NCBI GenBank assembly: GCA_963833125.1
Contig: CAWHWX010000004.1
Span: forward strand, 32,001 to 96,000
Direction of reading: 5' to 3'
DNA length: 64,000 nt
Origin: Candidatus Bathyarchaeota archaeon
GTDB taxonomy: Archaea; Thermoproteota; Bathyarchaeia; 40CM-2-53-6
Shown here: one piece after another, positions 31,502 to 42,445 of the stretch
Layout of the letters: each line of letters begins with the position of its first letter
Numbering within the stretch: position 1 is the first letter of the stretch
Made by a program: the position numbers and the translations under genes
Notes under the pieces: generated by a model
What the model was told of the DNA's origin: nothing
What the model saw: the letters and a program-made list of their open reading frames with translations, nothing else
Database searches by the model: none

Positions 31502-32314
31502 GTGTTGGGTTGGGTCCGTCGCGAGCTTGACGAGATAGGAATACCTCCGCTGAAGCGTTTTGGTCAACACTTTCTTCTAGACAAACAGATTCGCGACACA
31601 CTCATTGACCATGCGGAGTTATCCGACACGGACACGGTGGTCGAAGTGGGCGCTGGCCTAGGCTTCCTCACGGCAGCTCTAGCATCCCGGGTCGGCCATC
31701 TAATCGCCATCGAGAAAGATCGAACTCTGGCTAAGTATCTGACCGTTAAGTTCGCGAATAATCCGAACGTGGAAGTAGTTCAGGAAGATGCACTCGCGGT
31801 CCCGATTCCAACCAGTGCCAAAGTCGTCTCAAGCCCCCCCTACAATATCTCATCGAAGCTTACCCTCCATATTTTGAGTAGCAGTTTCAAATTGGCTAGC
31901 CTGCTGCTGCAGGAGGATTTTGTCAGGAGGTTGGCCGCGCCTAGTGGTTCTCGGGAATACGGAAGACTCACAGTCATGCTACAAACCAGGGCACGCGCCG
32001 AATATGTCACGAAAGTCCCAGCGTCATCTTTCTATCCGAAACCTAGAGTTGACTCCGCCTTAGTTACAATCCGGCCAGTCTCACCTGCCATACCTGTAAT
32101 GGACCAGAAAATGTTCGAAGTTTTAGTTCGGGATTTGTTCACTCAGCGACGCCGGAAATTACGGGGGGTCCTTTCCAGATACTTAACCGCCAAATACCCT
32201 ACGATTAAGGAGAGAGTTCTCTCTCAAGTGGAGTTTACTGAGAAAAGAGTGTACCAGCTTACCTCAACCGAATTCATTACCTTATCCAACATAATCTCAG
32301 ACGCAGTCAAGTGA
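31502..32314 (+). CDS. rsmA: 16S rRNA m6,2A dimethyltransferase KsgA/Dim1
   Basis: GQHFL, EVGAGLG, PPYNISS, FYPKPRVDS, FTQRRRKL. Confidence 0.93.
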   Translation: MLGWVRRELDEIGIPPLKRFGQHFLLDKQIRDTLIDHAELSDTDTVVEVGAGLGFLTAALASRVGHLIAIEKDRTLAKYLTVKFANNPNVEVVQEDALAVPIPTSAKVVSSPPYNISSKLTLHILSSSFKLASLLLQEDFVRRLAAPSGSREYGRLTVMLQTRARAEYVTKVPASSFYPKPRVDSALVTIRPVSPAIPVMDQKMFEVLVRDLFTQRRRKLRGVLSRYLTAKYPTIKERVLSQVEFTEKRVYQLTSTEFITLSNIISDAVK

Positions 32315-32333
32315 TAATGTGGAGTTGCTTTCG

Positions 32334-33042
32334 ATGAAGGTGCGGAGTTGTTTTAGTGGAGCCGGAGAGTGCGGGGAATATTGGCGCGGTCGCGCGTTCG
32401 ATGAAGAACTTCAATCTCTCCGACTTGTACATAGTGAACCCGAAGACACCCCTAACAGTTGAAGCAAGGGCGTTCGCTATGCACGGCTATGATGTGCTCA
32501 CCCGAGCGAAAAAAGTCAAGACTTTGAAACAGGGGCTTAGAAACTTAGACCTCGTAGTCGGAACAAGCGCGATAGCCGCGACTAGCACATCAAACCTTGC
32601 CCGAATCCCCGTAACACCTTTCGAACTTGCTCAACGCGTTGGAGCCTTCAAGGGCAACGTGGGTATCCTCTTTGGCAGGGAAAGTTCTGGATTGAGTAAC
32701 GAGGAGGTTGAGGTTTGCGATTTCATCGTAACGATACCTGCGAGCCGCAAATACAATGTTCTAAACATTGCTTCAGCAGCATCAATCATATTCTACGAAC
32801 TCTTCCGCACACGGACCACCCGACATGGGCCAATATTGGCGGGTAAGGCGGTGAAAGAGAGATTGCTATTGGAGTTTGACCGGTTGGTGAATCGAAGTGA
32901 GGTGCAGCAACACAAGCAGCCCCTAGCCCAGCGGGCCTTCCGTAGCATTATCTCGCGTTCTTTCATGACTGGACGTGAAGCGTCGCTTCTTCTCGGCGTG
33001 TTCAGAAGGGCTTCAACAAAGTTGACGGGTTCTGTTCGGTGA
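32334..33042 (+). CDS. trmJ: TrmJ-family SPOUT tRNA methyltransferase (frameshift near 32345)
   Basis: VLVEPESAGNIGAVARSMKNF, FGRESSGL, YNVLNIA. Confidence 0.88.
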
Positions 33043-33160
33043 CTCACGCGTTTATAGGCTTGTTCGATCGTGGCAATTTTCCGAACCGATGTTCTCTAGA
33101 GTTAATGTCATACAGCAAAAATACGAAGAGTAATTTTCATTCATCATAACGAATCAAAAT

Positions 33161-33802
33161 GTGCTGGGTACGATGACTCTAGATATTCTTCTACAAGGTA
33201 TGATTGCTGGTTACGGAATTGCGATCCCTGTAGGTCCGATAGGTATCCTGATCATCGAGTTTGGGATTCGTCGAGGGTTCAGGGCGGCTTTCAGTGCGGG
33301 CTTGGGAGCTGCGTCAGCTGATTTAGTCTACGCTACGGTGGCGGTTCTTGCGGGTACGTTTCTGGTTGCGATTCTCGCACCCATTTCCTCCATAATTCAC
33401 TATGTTAGCGGTTCGGTGTTGATTGCGATTGGATTGTGGATGCTCTATCAAGGAACGAGATCGAATGGATCTAATCTACGAAGCAGTATCGATCCTTCGG
33501 TTAGTTGTCTAAGTACATATGGTATGTTCTTTGGTCTGACACTCCTCAACCCGTTAACCGTCACGTATTTCACATCGTTAATCTTGGGATTACGAGCCAG
33601 TGCTATATTCTCAACGATGGACGTGATGATTTTCGTAGGTGCAACGTTCCTCGCCTCACTTTCCTGGCAGACGCTTCTGGCTTCCATTAGCGGATTAAGT
33701 CACAAACGTCTTTCAACAAAAGCTCAAGCGGCAACATTCACTCTTGGTAATTGTGTGGTTATTGCCTTGGGCGTATTGATTCTTCTTGGATTCAGAGTTT
33801 GA
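33161..33802 (+). CDS. LysE family transporter
   Basis: AIPVGPIG, GLGAASAD, LTLLNP. Confidence 0.88.
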   Translation: MLGTMTLDILLQGMIAGYGIAIPVGPIGILIIEFGIRRGFRAAFSAGLGAASADLVYATVAVLAGTFLVAILAPISSIIHYVSGSVLIAIGLWMLYQGTRSNGSNLRSSIDPSVSCLSTYGMFFGLTLLNPLTVTYFTSLILGLRASAIFSTMDVMIFVGATFLASLSWQTLLASISGLSHKRLSTKAQAATFTLGNCVVIALGVLILLGFRV

Positions 33803-33926
33803 GAAGTAGAAACGCGCCCTAACCCAACAACCACAGGTACGTGTCGTTGCCGAACAGTGCCGGTTGACGTAAACTTAAGTAACAGCCAACGCAACTCTCG
33901 CTAAACTCTCTGAGAGGATTAGGGCC

Positions 33927-34442
33927 ATGAAGGGTAGAAATTACCGACAGATAAAAGGGCAACCGTACACGAGGTTGAAGTACATTCATGGAACTCCCCC
34001 CTCAAAGATCTCAAGGTTCATGAGTGGCGATCTCAAGGCTAAATTCGAATACAAATTCTCGCTTATCGCACAATCGCCGGTCCAGATAAGACACAATGCA
34101 CTTGAGGCTGCACGTGTCTCCGCGAACAAGGTGCTCTTCGATGCGTTGGGAGAGACGGGTTACAAGATTCATCTGAGAGTTTATCCACACGTCATCTTGC
34201 GGGAGAACCGCATGATCGCAACCGCAGGCGCTGATAGGCTGCAGGAGGGTATGCGCAGGTCGTTCGGGAAGCCAAGCGGCCGAGCCGCAAGAGTCACGAC
34301 AGGCCAATCGATATTGGACATCTACGTTAACAGCAACGCCCTCGAAACCGCAAAACAAGCACTCAAAGTGGCAACCACCAAACTCTCAGTCGCATGCGTA
34401 ATCACACAAGAAACACTCGCCGTCCCAGTCCCGGCAGCATAG
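33927..34442 (+). CDS. rpl10e: 50S ribosomal protein L10e/uL16
   Basis: QIRHNALEAARV, YPHVILRENR, GADRLQEGMRRSFGKP. Confidence 0.96.
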   Translation: MKGRNYRQIKGQPYTRLKYIHGTPPSKISRFMSGDLKAKFEYKFSLIAQSPVQIRHNALEAARVSANKVLFDALGETGYKIHLRVYPHVILRENRMIATAGADRLQEGMRRSFGKPSGRAARVTTGQSILDIYVNSNALETAKQALKVATTKLSVACVITQETLAVPVPAA

Positions 34443-34845
34443 AATCAAGACCGTAGCACGCCAGGAATCGCCCGGGTCAGAGTGCGAGAGTCTAACCGCT
34501 AATATCAGACAAACGGCAATCGTTCAATTTTGAATACATGACCACCAAGCCCCCACACACTTTCTAACGACGAACGACGACGGTTCAATTTCAGCTGCCC
34601 GCACTGCTTGTGCCGACGACGACCGTCCGTCTTTAGGGGAGATATCCCCTGACAACCCCTCCTCCCACGCGCGACCGCCAAAAGCGCGTACGCACTGAGA
34701 TCTTACGCGTCCACTCTCTTTTCGATGAGACGCCATGTTCCTGCGCGTCAGTGCGGCATGAAGGCATGCATATAGAATTTCACTCAACGCACGCACTTCC
34801 ACTACTACGCGCGCCAGGTAGCCTATGCGTAAGTGCGGGTCAACT

Positions 34846-35820
34846 TCATCTGCGCGCACCATTGATACGTGCGCGTCGGTCTCTGGGTAGTTTCGCCAGC
34901 TGCGATTGGATTAATGAATTCTCCAAGTGAAGGCCGTATGCGACCAGGAAACCGTACGCAATGGCTGTAGCCTCCAAGAGGCTTAGAAGTCCAAAAAGAG
35001 AATCATCTGCCAACAAACTCACATTGATCACGCCGACAATTACTAATCCAACGGTAATGATGACAAAGACGGTCCACCACACCGCCCAGTGCTTGGGTTT
35101 TGGCACAATCTTCTTGCTCCACCTACACCTACAGATTCCAGACCATATGACAAAGAGAGCTGAACCAGAAATCAAAGTGAGGCGATGTAAGGTAGAGGAA
35201 GCATCAGCGATAAGATAATCCGTGACCATCAAGTACACAATGTAACCAGCTACTAGGCTTATGACCCATTTCAGATTCGAAGGTTGGATTCGCGGCAAAA
35301 AGTCTCCCGCGAGCATCGTGACAAGAAAGGCCAAAAGGTAAGCGAGGAAGCATGAGACTACGAATCCGCTAATCCCTATGTTGTGTGTGCCACTGAACGC
35401 TAGAAAGATGCGTGTGCTATTTTCTGCAGGGTACCTGACAGCGTTCCAATAGGATGTCAAATTGTCACTGGGTGTTGGCGGCCTGGCTTGAGTTAGAAGA
35501 AAATTGGCGAGATTTGCATAAAAGGCGAATCTAAGAAAAGCGTAAATTGCAACCAAGAACAGCAGCGATAACACTGCTCCGTAAACATATAATGAGAGTT
35601 TCCTATTTCCGTTCTTCATACTATTTTGGAAACCGGTTGCAAACGCAAAGGCAGCTGCTAAGGTTGCGAATATTAGGGCCGCATGAGCGAGCGCCTCCTG
35701 AACAACATAATTTAAGAGGTCTGTCTGTAAATCGAAAGCGATGATTCCGTACGATAAAGAAAACATTGTATTCTGGGATTCTAGTCGTTCTTGGGAATTT
35801 AATTCTAACCTGCCTACCAA
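34846..35820 (-). CDS. hypothetical multi-pass membrane protein (start uncertain)
   Basis: 324-aa ORF with many hydrophobic helices; no recognised motif. Confidence 0.6.
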   Translation of the reverse strand: MVGRLELNSQERLESQNTMFSLSYGIIAFDLQTDLLNYVVQEALAHAALIFATLAAAFAFATGFQNSMKNGNRKLSLYVYGAVLSLLFLVAIYAFLRFAFYANLANFLLTQARPPTPSDNLTSYWNAVRYPAENSTRIFLAFSGTHNIGISGFVVSCFLAYLLAFLVTMLAGDFLPRIQPSNLKWVISLVAGYIVYLMVTDYLIADASSTLHRLTLISGSALFVIWSGICRCRWSKKIVPKPKHWAVWWTVFVIITVGLVIVGVINVSLLADDSLFGLLSLLEATAIAYGFLVAYGLHLENSLIQSQLAKLPRDRRARINGARR

Positions 35821-35990
35821 TCAAAGCTCTTGCAAACGAGTAAGCTATGTCTGTGCGGACCACTAGACCCGAGGACGAGACCAATTTGTGTCTAAACAGG
35901 CAGTTCTTAACCAATCAGAGAACTTGGCCGCCTAGTGATTCATAAATTCTGCAAATCGAATCGAGCACGTGGGGCTTTGATCTTTTTAAC

Positions 35991-36284
35991 CTAACTGAAC
36001 GCTTTAGCTGCCTCTGAAGGTGTCCAGGCCTTCAGCGTTGTAGTGCGGATGTTACCAAGGCTACCCACGCTCAGTGCAATCTTCATCAAAGCCTCATCGC
36101 TCGGCGCTTCGACTAGCGTGGCTCCATCATACTTGCCCAGAGTATACCAGAACTGAACTACTTTCCCGCCGTTCTTCTCCACGAGTTGCTTGAACGCTTC
36201 AACTCGTTTCGGTGAATCCCTGAAATTGCGTATGCCCTCCTCAGTCCAATTCCAGAGTACTAGATAGCTCGCCATGGTAACCAT
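35991..36284 (-). CDS. GYD domain protein
   Basis: YLVLWNWTEEG, YTLGKYD, GNIRTTTLKA. Confidence 0.88.
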   Translation of the reverse strand: MVTMASYLVLWNWTEEGIRNFRDSPKRVEAFKQLVEKNGGKVVQFWYTLGKYDGATLVEAPSDEALMKIALSVGSLGNIRTTTLKAWTPSEAAKAFS

Positions 36285-36485
36285 TTTTTCTGGTCCTGAT
36301 ATAAGAGCTTGTCCGGTTGATTCAATTCCGCTTAGCTACTGTGATTTGGCATAGTTAGGCGTCGAACACGAAACGATTAGATTGGACTTAACTAATCAAC
36401 CTCAACTCTTTGCGTTGTGTGTCCGCGCCACGAAACCTACACAGGTAGAAAGAAGGGGGGCTGCGAGGTTACTCGAAGCGTTAAC

Positions 36486-36776
36486 CTACTTGGCTTTTTG
36501 AAGGCCTCTCTTAACGTCATCGAGGGTCATCGCAGGATGGAATTCAACTTTCGCGTTGACACCTTGGAAGAGCGGTTCAGCTAGAACAGGGATCATGTCG
36601 GCGCTTGCAACGTCCGCTACGAATAACACTGTTCTCTCTCCGCCTTCTTCGTAGAAATAAACGACTTCAGGCTTCACTTTAGCGAAGTAATTCTCTAAAA
36701 TCTTGAATCCGTTCGGATCCTGAATCATTCTATTTCCCGCTTCTGTCGGAATCTTTGCGCGAATCACGAATCTTAT
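36486..36776 (-). CDS. small conserved hypothetical protein (DUF3303-like)
   Basis: RFVIRAKIPTEAGN...KPEVVYF...AEPLF...EFHPAM; ATA at 36776 follows a perfect GAGGTGA. Confidence 0.7.
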   Translation of the reverse strand: MRFVIRAKIPTEAGNRMIQDPNGFKILENYFAKVKPEVVYFYEEGGERTVLFVADVASADMIPVLAEPLFQGVNAKVEFHPAMTLDDVKRGLQKAK

Positions 36777-36889
36777 CGTCTTTCACCTCATGCAAAACCT
36801 CCGACCATTCCGCTAAATAGCCTTCCTACTCGCCTCCACACCTATTCGTTTGTAGCGCACCATCAACCCCAACACTAACTAGCTGCTTT

Positions 36890-37309
36890 TCATTTCTCAG
36901 TTTGCACGGGTTGTTTAAGGTCGAACTCATTGCCATCTGGGTCGAGAAATTCGCAGAGCCACTCTCCCCAATCCATTTCTTTTGGCGAATTCGTGAAACG
37001 TACGCCCTTCGCCCTCAACGTCACATATTCAACTAGGATATTGTCCGTGAGGAAAGTGATTCCGGTAGGGCCGGGTTCGACTCTATGCTCCTCCAATTCA
37101 CAAAGGTGAATCCTAGTCATCGGCCTTCCTAATCCAAGCTCGACCCAGTGACCCGGATTATCAAGTGATCCCTGTACGCTGGCATTCGAATTAGGTACAG
37201 CCGGTCCGATGTATGCGACAGGTAGACCTAGTACGTCTTTGAACCATTGCAGGGCCTTCCTTCGGTCAGACACAACCACTGCCACAGTGTCAATACCAAC
37301 AATTGTCAA
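36890..37309 (-). CDS. VOC/glyoxalase family protein
   Basis: VAVVVSD..ALQWFKDVLGL, C-terminal FLDPDGNEF. Confidence 0.88.
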   Translation of the reverse strand: MTIVGIDTVAVVVSDRRKALQWFKDVLGLPVAYIGPAVPNSNASVQGSLDNPGHWVELGLGRPMTRIHLCELEEHRVEPGPTGITFLTDNILVEYVTLRAKGVRFTNSPKEMDWGEWLCEFLDPDGNEFDLKQPVQTEK

Positions 37310-37424
37310 TGATGGCTTACCACTTGTCTTTACAGAATAGGTAATCTTGAGTGTATGTACTGCTGGTACACACACATTTACGAAAAGACTTGAACTGGTT
37401 CCTGTAGTAAGGAATCAGCTGATT

Positions 37425-37706
37425 CTACTGATTCTTCTTCGTCTGCTTCGCTTCAGGAGCGGTCGTCTCGTTCCTTGCTTCCTTGATCTTCATGGTAATG
37501 CTCTCTCTCGTCAATCCCGCCGACATGGCGCTCCTGACGATTCCCTTCCTCAACTCTTTACAAGCATCTCTTAGCGCCAGATAGCGCAGTGAGTTGTCTC
37601 CGTTACCATTCTTGATATCCTTGAAGAGGACATCACATTCGTTTTCCTGCTCAACCAACTGATGGATTCTGCTGTCGAATTCAACGTCCGTCGTCATGAA
37701 AATCAC
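37425..37706 (-). CDS. small hypothetical protein
   Basis: 93-aa ORF, helical and charged; TTTATA upstream on the minus strand. Confidence 0.5.
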   Translation of the reverse strand: MIFMTTDVEFDSRIHQLVEQENECDVLFKDIKNGNGDNSLRYLALRDACKELRKGIVRSAMSAGLTRESITMKIKEARNETTAPEAKQTKKNQ

Positions 37707-37940
37707 AATCGCGTTGGGCTGCGGGTATAAATTACTTAGTCCAAAAGTAATAGAATAAACGAATGATTTTTTCTTTCAAGTTGCCGTAAACTTTACAGCG
37801 CATTGCTCCGAAATACAGTTTGTTCAAGCGTGTGGTCAGGTAAAGCGTAAAGCGCACATGTCGAAACCAACGCATACACGAAGAGAAGAGCTAGTGCTGC
37901 ACTCTGGTTATAGATGCAGGGGTGGTTCGGACCTTATGGG

Positions 37941-38357
37941 TTATTGGCTTGTTTCGAAGAGTCCCACTGGATTGCCTTCCGGGTCCAGCCCGACCGCAAA
38001 GGCTCCCATTTCGGGAATCGGTGTCTTCGGGACAATGATCTTACCGCCTAGGCTTTGGAGCTTCTTGCTAAAGTCATCCACGGACTCGACCATCACATAG
38101 TTCAATGGGCGCTGGTTCGGGTCCATTCTCTTCATCATGCCGCCATTCGTACCCGGCCTTTTCATTGCTTCTGCCTCGTTTTGGGCGGTTCCGGGTCGGG
38201 TTTCAATCATCCAGTAATCACCCATTTCTCCCATTGACATCTTATCCATCTTCCAGCCAAAGAGATTCTTGTAGAACTCCGATAGTTTCTCGGGGTTGTT
38301 TGCAGGAATTTCGAAATGAACTACGGTGTGATCCAAAACTTTCGCCAAACCTCTCAA
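37941..38357 (-). CDS. VOC/glyoxalase family protein
   Basis: VVHFEIPA, FYKNLFGW, NGGMM, DPEGNPVGL. Confidence 0.92.
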   Translation of the reverse strand: MRGLAKVLDHTVVHFEIPANNPEKLSEFYKNLFGWKMDKMSMGEMGDYWMIETRPGTAQNEAEAMKRPGTNGGMMKRMDPNQRPLNYVMVESVDDFSKKLQSLGGKIIVPKTPIPEMGAFAVGLDPEGNPVGLFETSQ

Positions 38358-38520
38358 TTGAGGCTCGCCATATTAAGATTAACGGGACCTTTTGGAAAAA
38401 GTACCATAGAGTACCATTCCGTACCATTCAACTCGTGAACGCGCGCACGAGAACCCTTCACGCATCAACCAGTGTGTGAAATATTGTGGTTTCCCACCCA
38501 CCATATTCGTTCACTAGGGA

Positions 38521-39072
38521 TCAGAATCTGGGGATTCTTGGATACATGTGTTTTAGAATTCCGCGTTTGAATGGGTGAACCTTGCTGGCTAGGAGCTCGG
38601 TTAGAAGGTAGTAGCTTGTTTCGAATTCGGCTGGGGAGTTGTTTCTGAATTTCAACAGGTGTACTTGTCCTACCGGGGTCTCCCAGACCTTATCCCAAGC
38701 CTCGGTAGCTCCCGCGATTCCACGCTCACGGTTTCGACTCGCTAACACGTTTTTCTCCACAACCATCACGACCAACAATTTTGTGACACCCGGAACCTTA
38801 GTGCTGAGGAGGATATGGCGTGTTGAATTTAGGGGAGCGGTGGAGTCGATTATCACACTCCGTCGGCGTCTAAGTATTGAGTCTCGTAGAGTTGTTATTG
38901 TGTTGTAAACAAATTCTTCGTCTCTGGGTGGTTGGCCGGCTCCGAAGTACATGCTCCTCAACTCGTCCACGTTGAGCCGCACAAATTCATGGTTTTCAGA
39001 AATAAGCCGCTGGGCTAATACCGTCTTCCCCGACCCCGGGTATCCACTGAGCACAAGATTCCAACGGGGCAT
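38521..39072 (-). CDS. P-loop kinase (AAA_33-like)
   Basis: GYPGSGKT, VDELR, VIIDST. Confidence 0.82.
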   Translation of the reverse strand: MPRWNLVLSGYPGSGKTVLAQRLISENHEFVRLNVDELRSMYFGAGQPPRDEEFVYNTITTLRDSILRRRRSVIIDSTAPLNSTRHILLSTKVPGVTKLLVVMVVEKNVLASRNRERGIAGATEAWDKVWETPVGQVHLLKFRNNSPAEFETSYYLLTELLASKVHPFKRGILKHMYPRIPRF

Positions 39073-39266
39073 TGCTTCTCAGAGAAGTCTTTATTGTCCC
39101 GGAAAATAACTTATAGTAAGTGAGTGCGTCGGCAAAAAGTGGGTACGCGTGCCCATCATAGCCACGCGCACAATGGTCCTGCCTAGAATCTCACCAGGGC
39201 TGGAACTGTCGTCGCGGCCAGCGACCGTCTTAAGTATGGTCAAAACGAGTTGTACTCGACAGGCTG

Positions 39267-40232
39267 ATGAAACTAGACCAAGAAGTTTTGAATTGGCTGC
39301 TGGAACCTAATCAACCAGCCGTCCGATACTATACACTCCTAGACTTACTAGACTATTCGAAAGACAATCATGAAGTTCTAAAGACCTATTCCAATATTCC
39401 GAGACTTGGCTGGGCGCATCAAATCCTCAAGGTGCAGAAGCCTGGCGGGTTCTGGGAATCGAGGAAGGATCTCTACACGCCTAAGTACAGAGCGACAAAC
39501 TGGATGGCACTCATTCTCTCCGATCTAGGGTTAACAAATGAAAATAAGCAAGTAAGAAAGGCTGCCGATCTCTTCTTCAAGCAATGGCTTCCGATACCAT
39601 CAGCGACGAACATATTCAACGATGAAGTATGCATCGTTGGCAATACGGCTCGGATGTTAACTCGTTTTGGATATGAAGATGATCACCGGGTCAGAAAACT
39701 GTTTGACCGGCTAATTGAGGACCAAAAAGTAGACGGAGGATGGCACTGTTTTGAATCATCCAAAGGAACTCTGGACTGCTGGGAGGCCCTTGCCGCCTTC
39801 GCGGCTTTGCCTAGGAGAAAGTGGACGCGGCGAATCAAACGTTCCGTTGAGAAGGGAGCAGAATTCTACTTGGAACGGAAACTGTTCAAGCAGGGACATC
39901 GACGCTACTTGCCGTGGCTCAGATTCCACTACCCCGTCCACTATTATTACGACCTTCTCGTAGGGCTAGACGTCATAACCAGTCTTGGATACGGAGACGA
40001 CACACGCCTGAAAACGGCCCTACAAATCCTGCAAAGCAAACGCAGGCCTGACGGGACATGGGCTCTCGATGCCATACACCCTGATCTAGGCGCAGGGGCA
40101 GGTTATCGGTTCAGAAAACGACCCAAACGATTTGCGTTAGAGCGAGAAGGGCGACCGAGCAAATGGATCACCCTAACCGCTCTCAGCGTTCTGAAGAAAA
40201 CCGAGAGAATGCTAGATAGCGCAACTCTATGA
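39267..40232 (+). CDS. prenyltransferase/squalene-oxidase-repeat (alpha/alpha toroid) protein
   Basis: QW-like repeats QKPGGFW, QKVDGGW, RRPDGTW; PSKWITL C-terminus. Confidence 0.75.
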   Translation: MKLDQEVLNWLLEPNQPAVRYYTLLDLLDYSKDNHEVLKTYSNIPRLGWAHQILKVQKPGGFWESRKDLYTPKYRATNWMALILSDLGLTNENKQVRKAADLFFKQWLPIPSATNIFNDEVCIVGNTARMLTRFGYEDDHRVRKLFDRLIEDQKVDGGWHCFESSKGTLDCWEALAAFAALPRRKWTRRIKRSVEKGAEFYLERKLFKQGHRRYLPWLRFHYPVHYYYDLLVGLDVITSLGYGDDTRLKTALQILQSKRRPDGTWALDAIHPDLGAGAGYRFRKRPKRFALEREGRPSKWITLTALSVLKKTERMLDSATL

Positions 40233-40640
40233 GATTTCGAACTCGTTCCCGTCAGGATCCCTTAAGATTGCGTACCTGCCCCAGCTTGTGGTAGTTAGTT
40301 CTTCCGCGAATTCTACTCCATTTTTCTTGAGCTCGAAATACGTCTTCTCGACATTGTCAGGATTGCTGGCCGGTACGAGCCGACCAGTTCTTTCGTCTTT
40401 GCGCGTGGTGCTCTCTCCGCACTGGAGCCAAATTCCGGTACGTCCTCCAGGCTGATCCTTCTCCCAATCATCGCATTTTCCGCAAAGGTGTAGAAGAGGG
40501 GCTTGAGAACCCTTAGGCTTCACAAAGACGGGATGCCCTTCAACCGCAACAATTTCGAAACCCAATTTGTCACGATACCATTCTGCTGACTTCTTTGCAT
40601 CGTGAGCGAGAATAGAAACGGAACCAACTCCAGTAATCAT
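40227..40640 (-). CDS. VOC/glyoxalase family protein
   Basis: WYRDKLGF, WGRYAILRDPDGNEF. Confidence 0.88.
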   Translation of the reverse strand: MITGVGSVSILAHDAKKSAEWYRDKLGFEIVAVEGHPVFVKPKGSQAPLLHLCGKCDDWEKDQPGGRTGIWLQCGESTTRKDERTGRLVPASNPDNVEKTYFELKKNGVEFAEELTTTSWGRYAILRDPDGNEFEIS

Positions 40641-40673
40641 AATTGTCCCGTCATCTCGATCTCCGTAATAAGA

Positions 40674-41166
40674 TCAATTTCGAGGGTTGTTCCAGAACCA
40701 TTGCATCTTAGGCGGTTCAATGTTCTCCTGCCATAGAAGGGCGATAAGCTCGCCGAGGTGGTAGAGTTGTTCAGTAAATGATTGGAAGAGACACTCTTCG
40801 ATGGAAAGGTTGAACGTGACTCCTGAGGAGAGGACGAAGTCAACTCGTCTACTGAATTCTTGTTCGTTAGTGGTTTTCAGGAAGGCTGTGGGTTTTCCCT
40901 TCGACCTCGTCGAGATGCTGAAGGACCTGTGTCATGTCCGTATATTCTTCTGATTTCTTGCGCACGTATTCTCGCGACTTTCCATGGATCACCCAGTTGA
41001 CTATCCAATCCTCGTTATCGATCATATGGACAAGAATGTTCTTCATCGTGTAGAAGCTTGCTTCCCTGTTCTTGACGACAACATCAACGGGCAGTTCAGA
41101 GAGCTTCTCAGCGAAATTTCTTCTCACGCGGGCTGAATATGAATACAATTCAGTTATGGTGAACAA
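40674..41166 (-). CDS. DinB/YfiT-like family protein (frameshift near 40890)
   Basis: KNILVHMIDNEDW; second frame continues ...EQLYHLGELIALLWQENIEPP...RN* (stop 40674). Confidence 0.78.
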
Positions 41167-41276
41167 ACGGAATCACACGGGACAAGCGCCTAATTCGCGC
41201 CGCAGCTAGAAAAGGGATAGTTTGATCGCAAGATTCGGAGTCAAACTACTTATTTCGTCACGCCCAATAACCGGCC

Positions 41277-42384
41277 ATGTCAAGTATCAATCCGAGCGAG
41301 GTCGAACTGCAACTGGAAGCTCCGAGACAAGAGAGGTTGCACACGGACTCACAGATGTGGGCAGCTGTCCTAGCCAGAGACAACCGCTGCGATGGTAGTT
41401 TCGTCTTCGCCGTGCGATCAACGGGGATCTACTGCAAACCGTCATGCCCAGCCAAACGCCCCAGAAGGGATAAGGTGGTATTCTTCTCTGCCCCGGCAGA
41501 AGCTGAGGAATCTGGGTTCCGCCCGTGTCGCCGATGCCATCCAAGGGATATCGGAACATTACGCGGGAATTGGGGCGGTTGATGGTGTGTGCAAGTACAT
41601 CGAAGCCAACCTCGACCACAAACTCACGCTCTCAGATCTCAGCGCCCACGCAGGGATCAGCCCGTATCACCTACAACGAACGTTCAAACAAGCTGTTGGA
41701 CTCTCTCCTCGCGAGTACATCCAAACCCGGCGGCTAGCGAAGATGAAACTGTTGTTGAAAAAAGGGCATACGGTAACGAAAGCACTCTACGGGGCCGGGT
41801 TCAGTTCGAGGAGTAGATTCTACGGTAGTTCTAATCAATTTGGAATGAGTGCCGGCGCGTTTCGCCGGGGAGGCGAAGGTTTGAGGGTCAGTTACTCAGT
41901 CGTGAACTGTCCATTGGGACGCCTGCTGGTTGCAGCAACGGAGAGGGGATTGTGCGCTGTATTCATGGGAGACAATGACACTATAGTCGAATCCGCACTG
42001 TCCAAAGAATATCCACGCGCAGACCTCTATCGCACTAACACTGGTCTTCAGAAATGGATCACTGCAATCATGAACTATTTCGACGGCCGGGAAGTTAACC
42101 TCAACCTACCTCTGGACATCGAAGCAAGCACCTTCCAACGCAGAGTCTGGAAGGAAATTCAATCGATTCCTTACGGTAGCACTAGCACCTACAGCCAGAT
42201 CGCATCTGAATTGGGCGAGCCCAATGCCGCCAGGGCAGTAGCGAAGGCCTGTGCAACGAACCCCGTGTCACTCATCATACCATGCCACAGAGTTGTTGGA
42301 AAGAATGGCGATTTGCGAGGTTACCGTTGGGGCGAAAAGAGAAAGAAAGAACTACTAACTCTTGAAAGCGCCAACCAATCTTAG
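41277..42384 (+). CDS. ada: bifunctional Ada transcriptional activator / O6-methylguanine-DNA methyltransferase (frameshift near 41560)
   Basis: GIYCKPSC...FRPCRRC zinc domain, AraC-type HTH, IPCHRV active site. Confidence 0.92.
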
Positions 42385-42445
42385 TCTTCACGGCTCTTAG
42401 TTTGGTAACCGAAACGAATCTTGAATCGTAGGTGGCGACTCCACA

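Noticed and set aside
39267-40232. True squalene-hopene cyclase (hopanoid synthesis in an archaeon)
   Set aside because: Only 321 aa (single barrel) and lacks the DxDD protonation motif.
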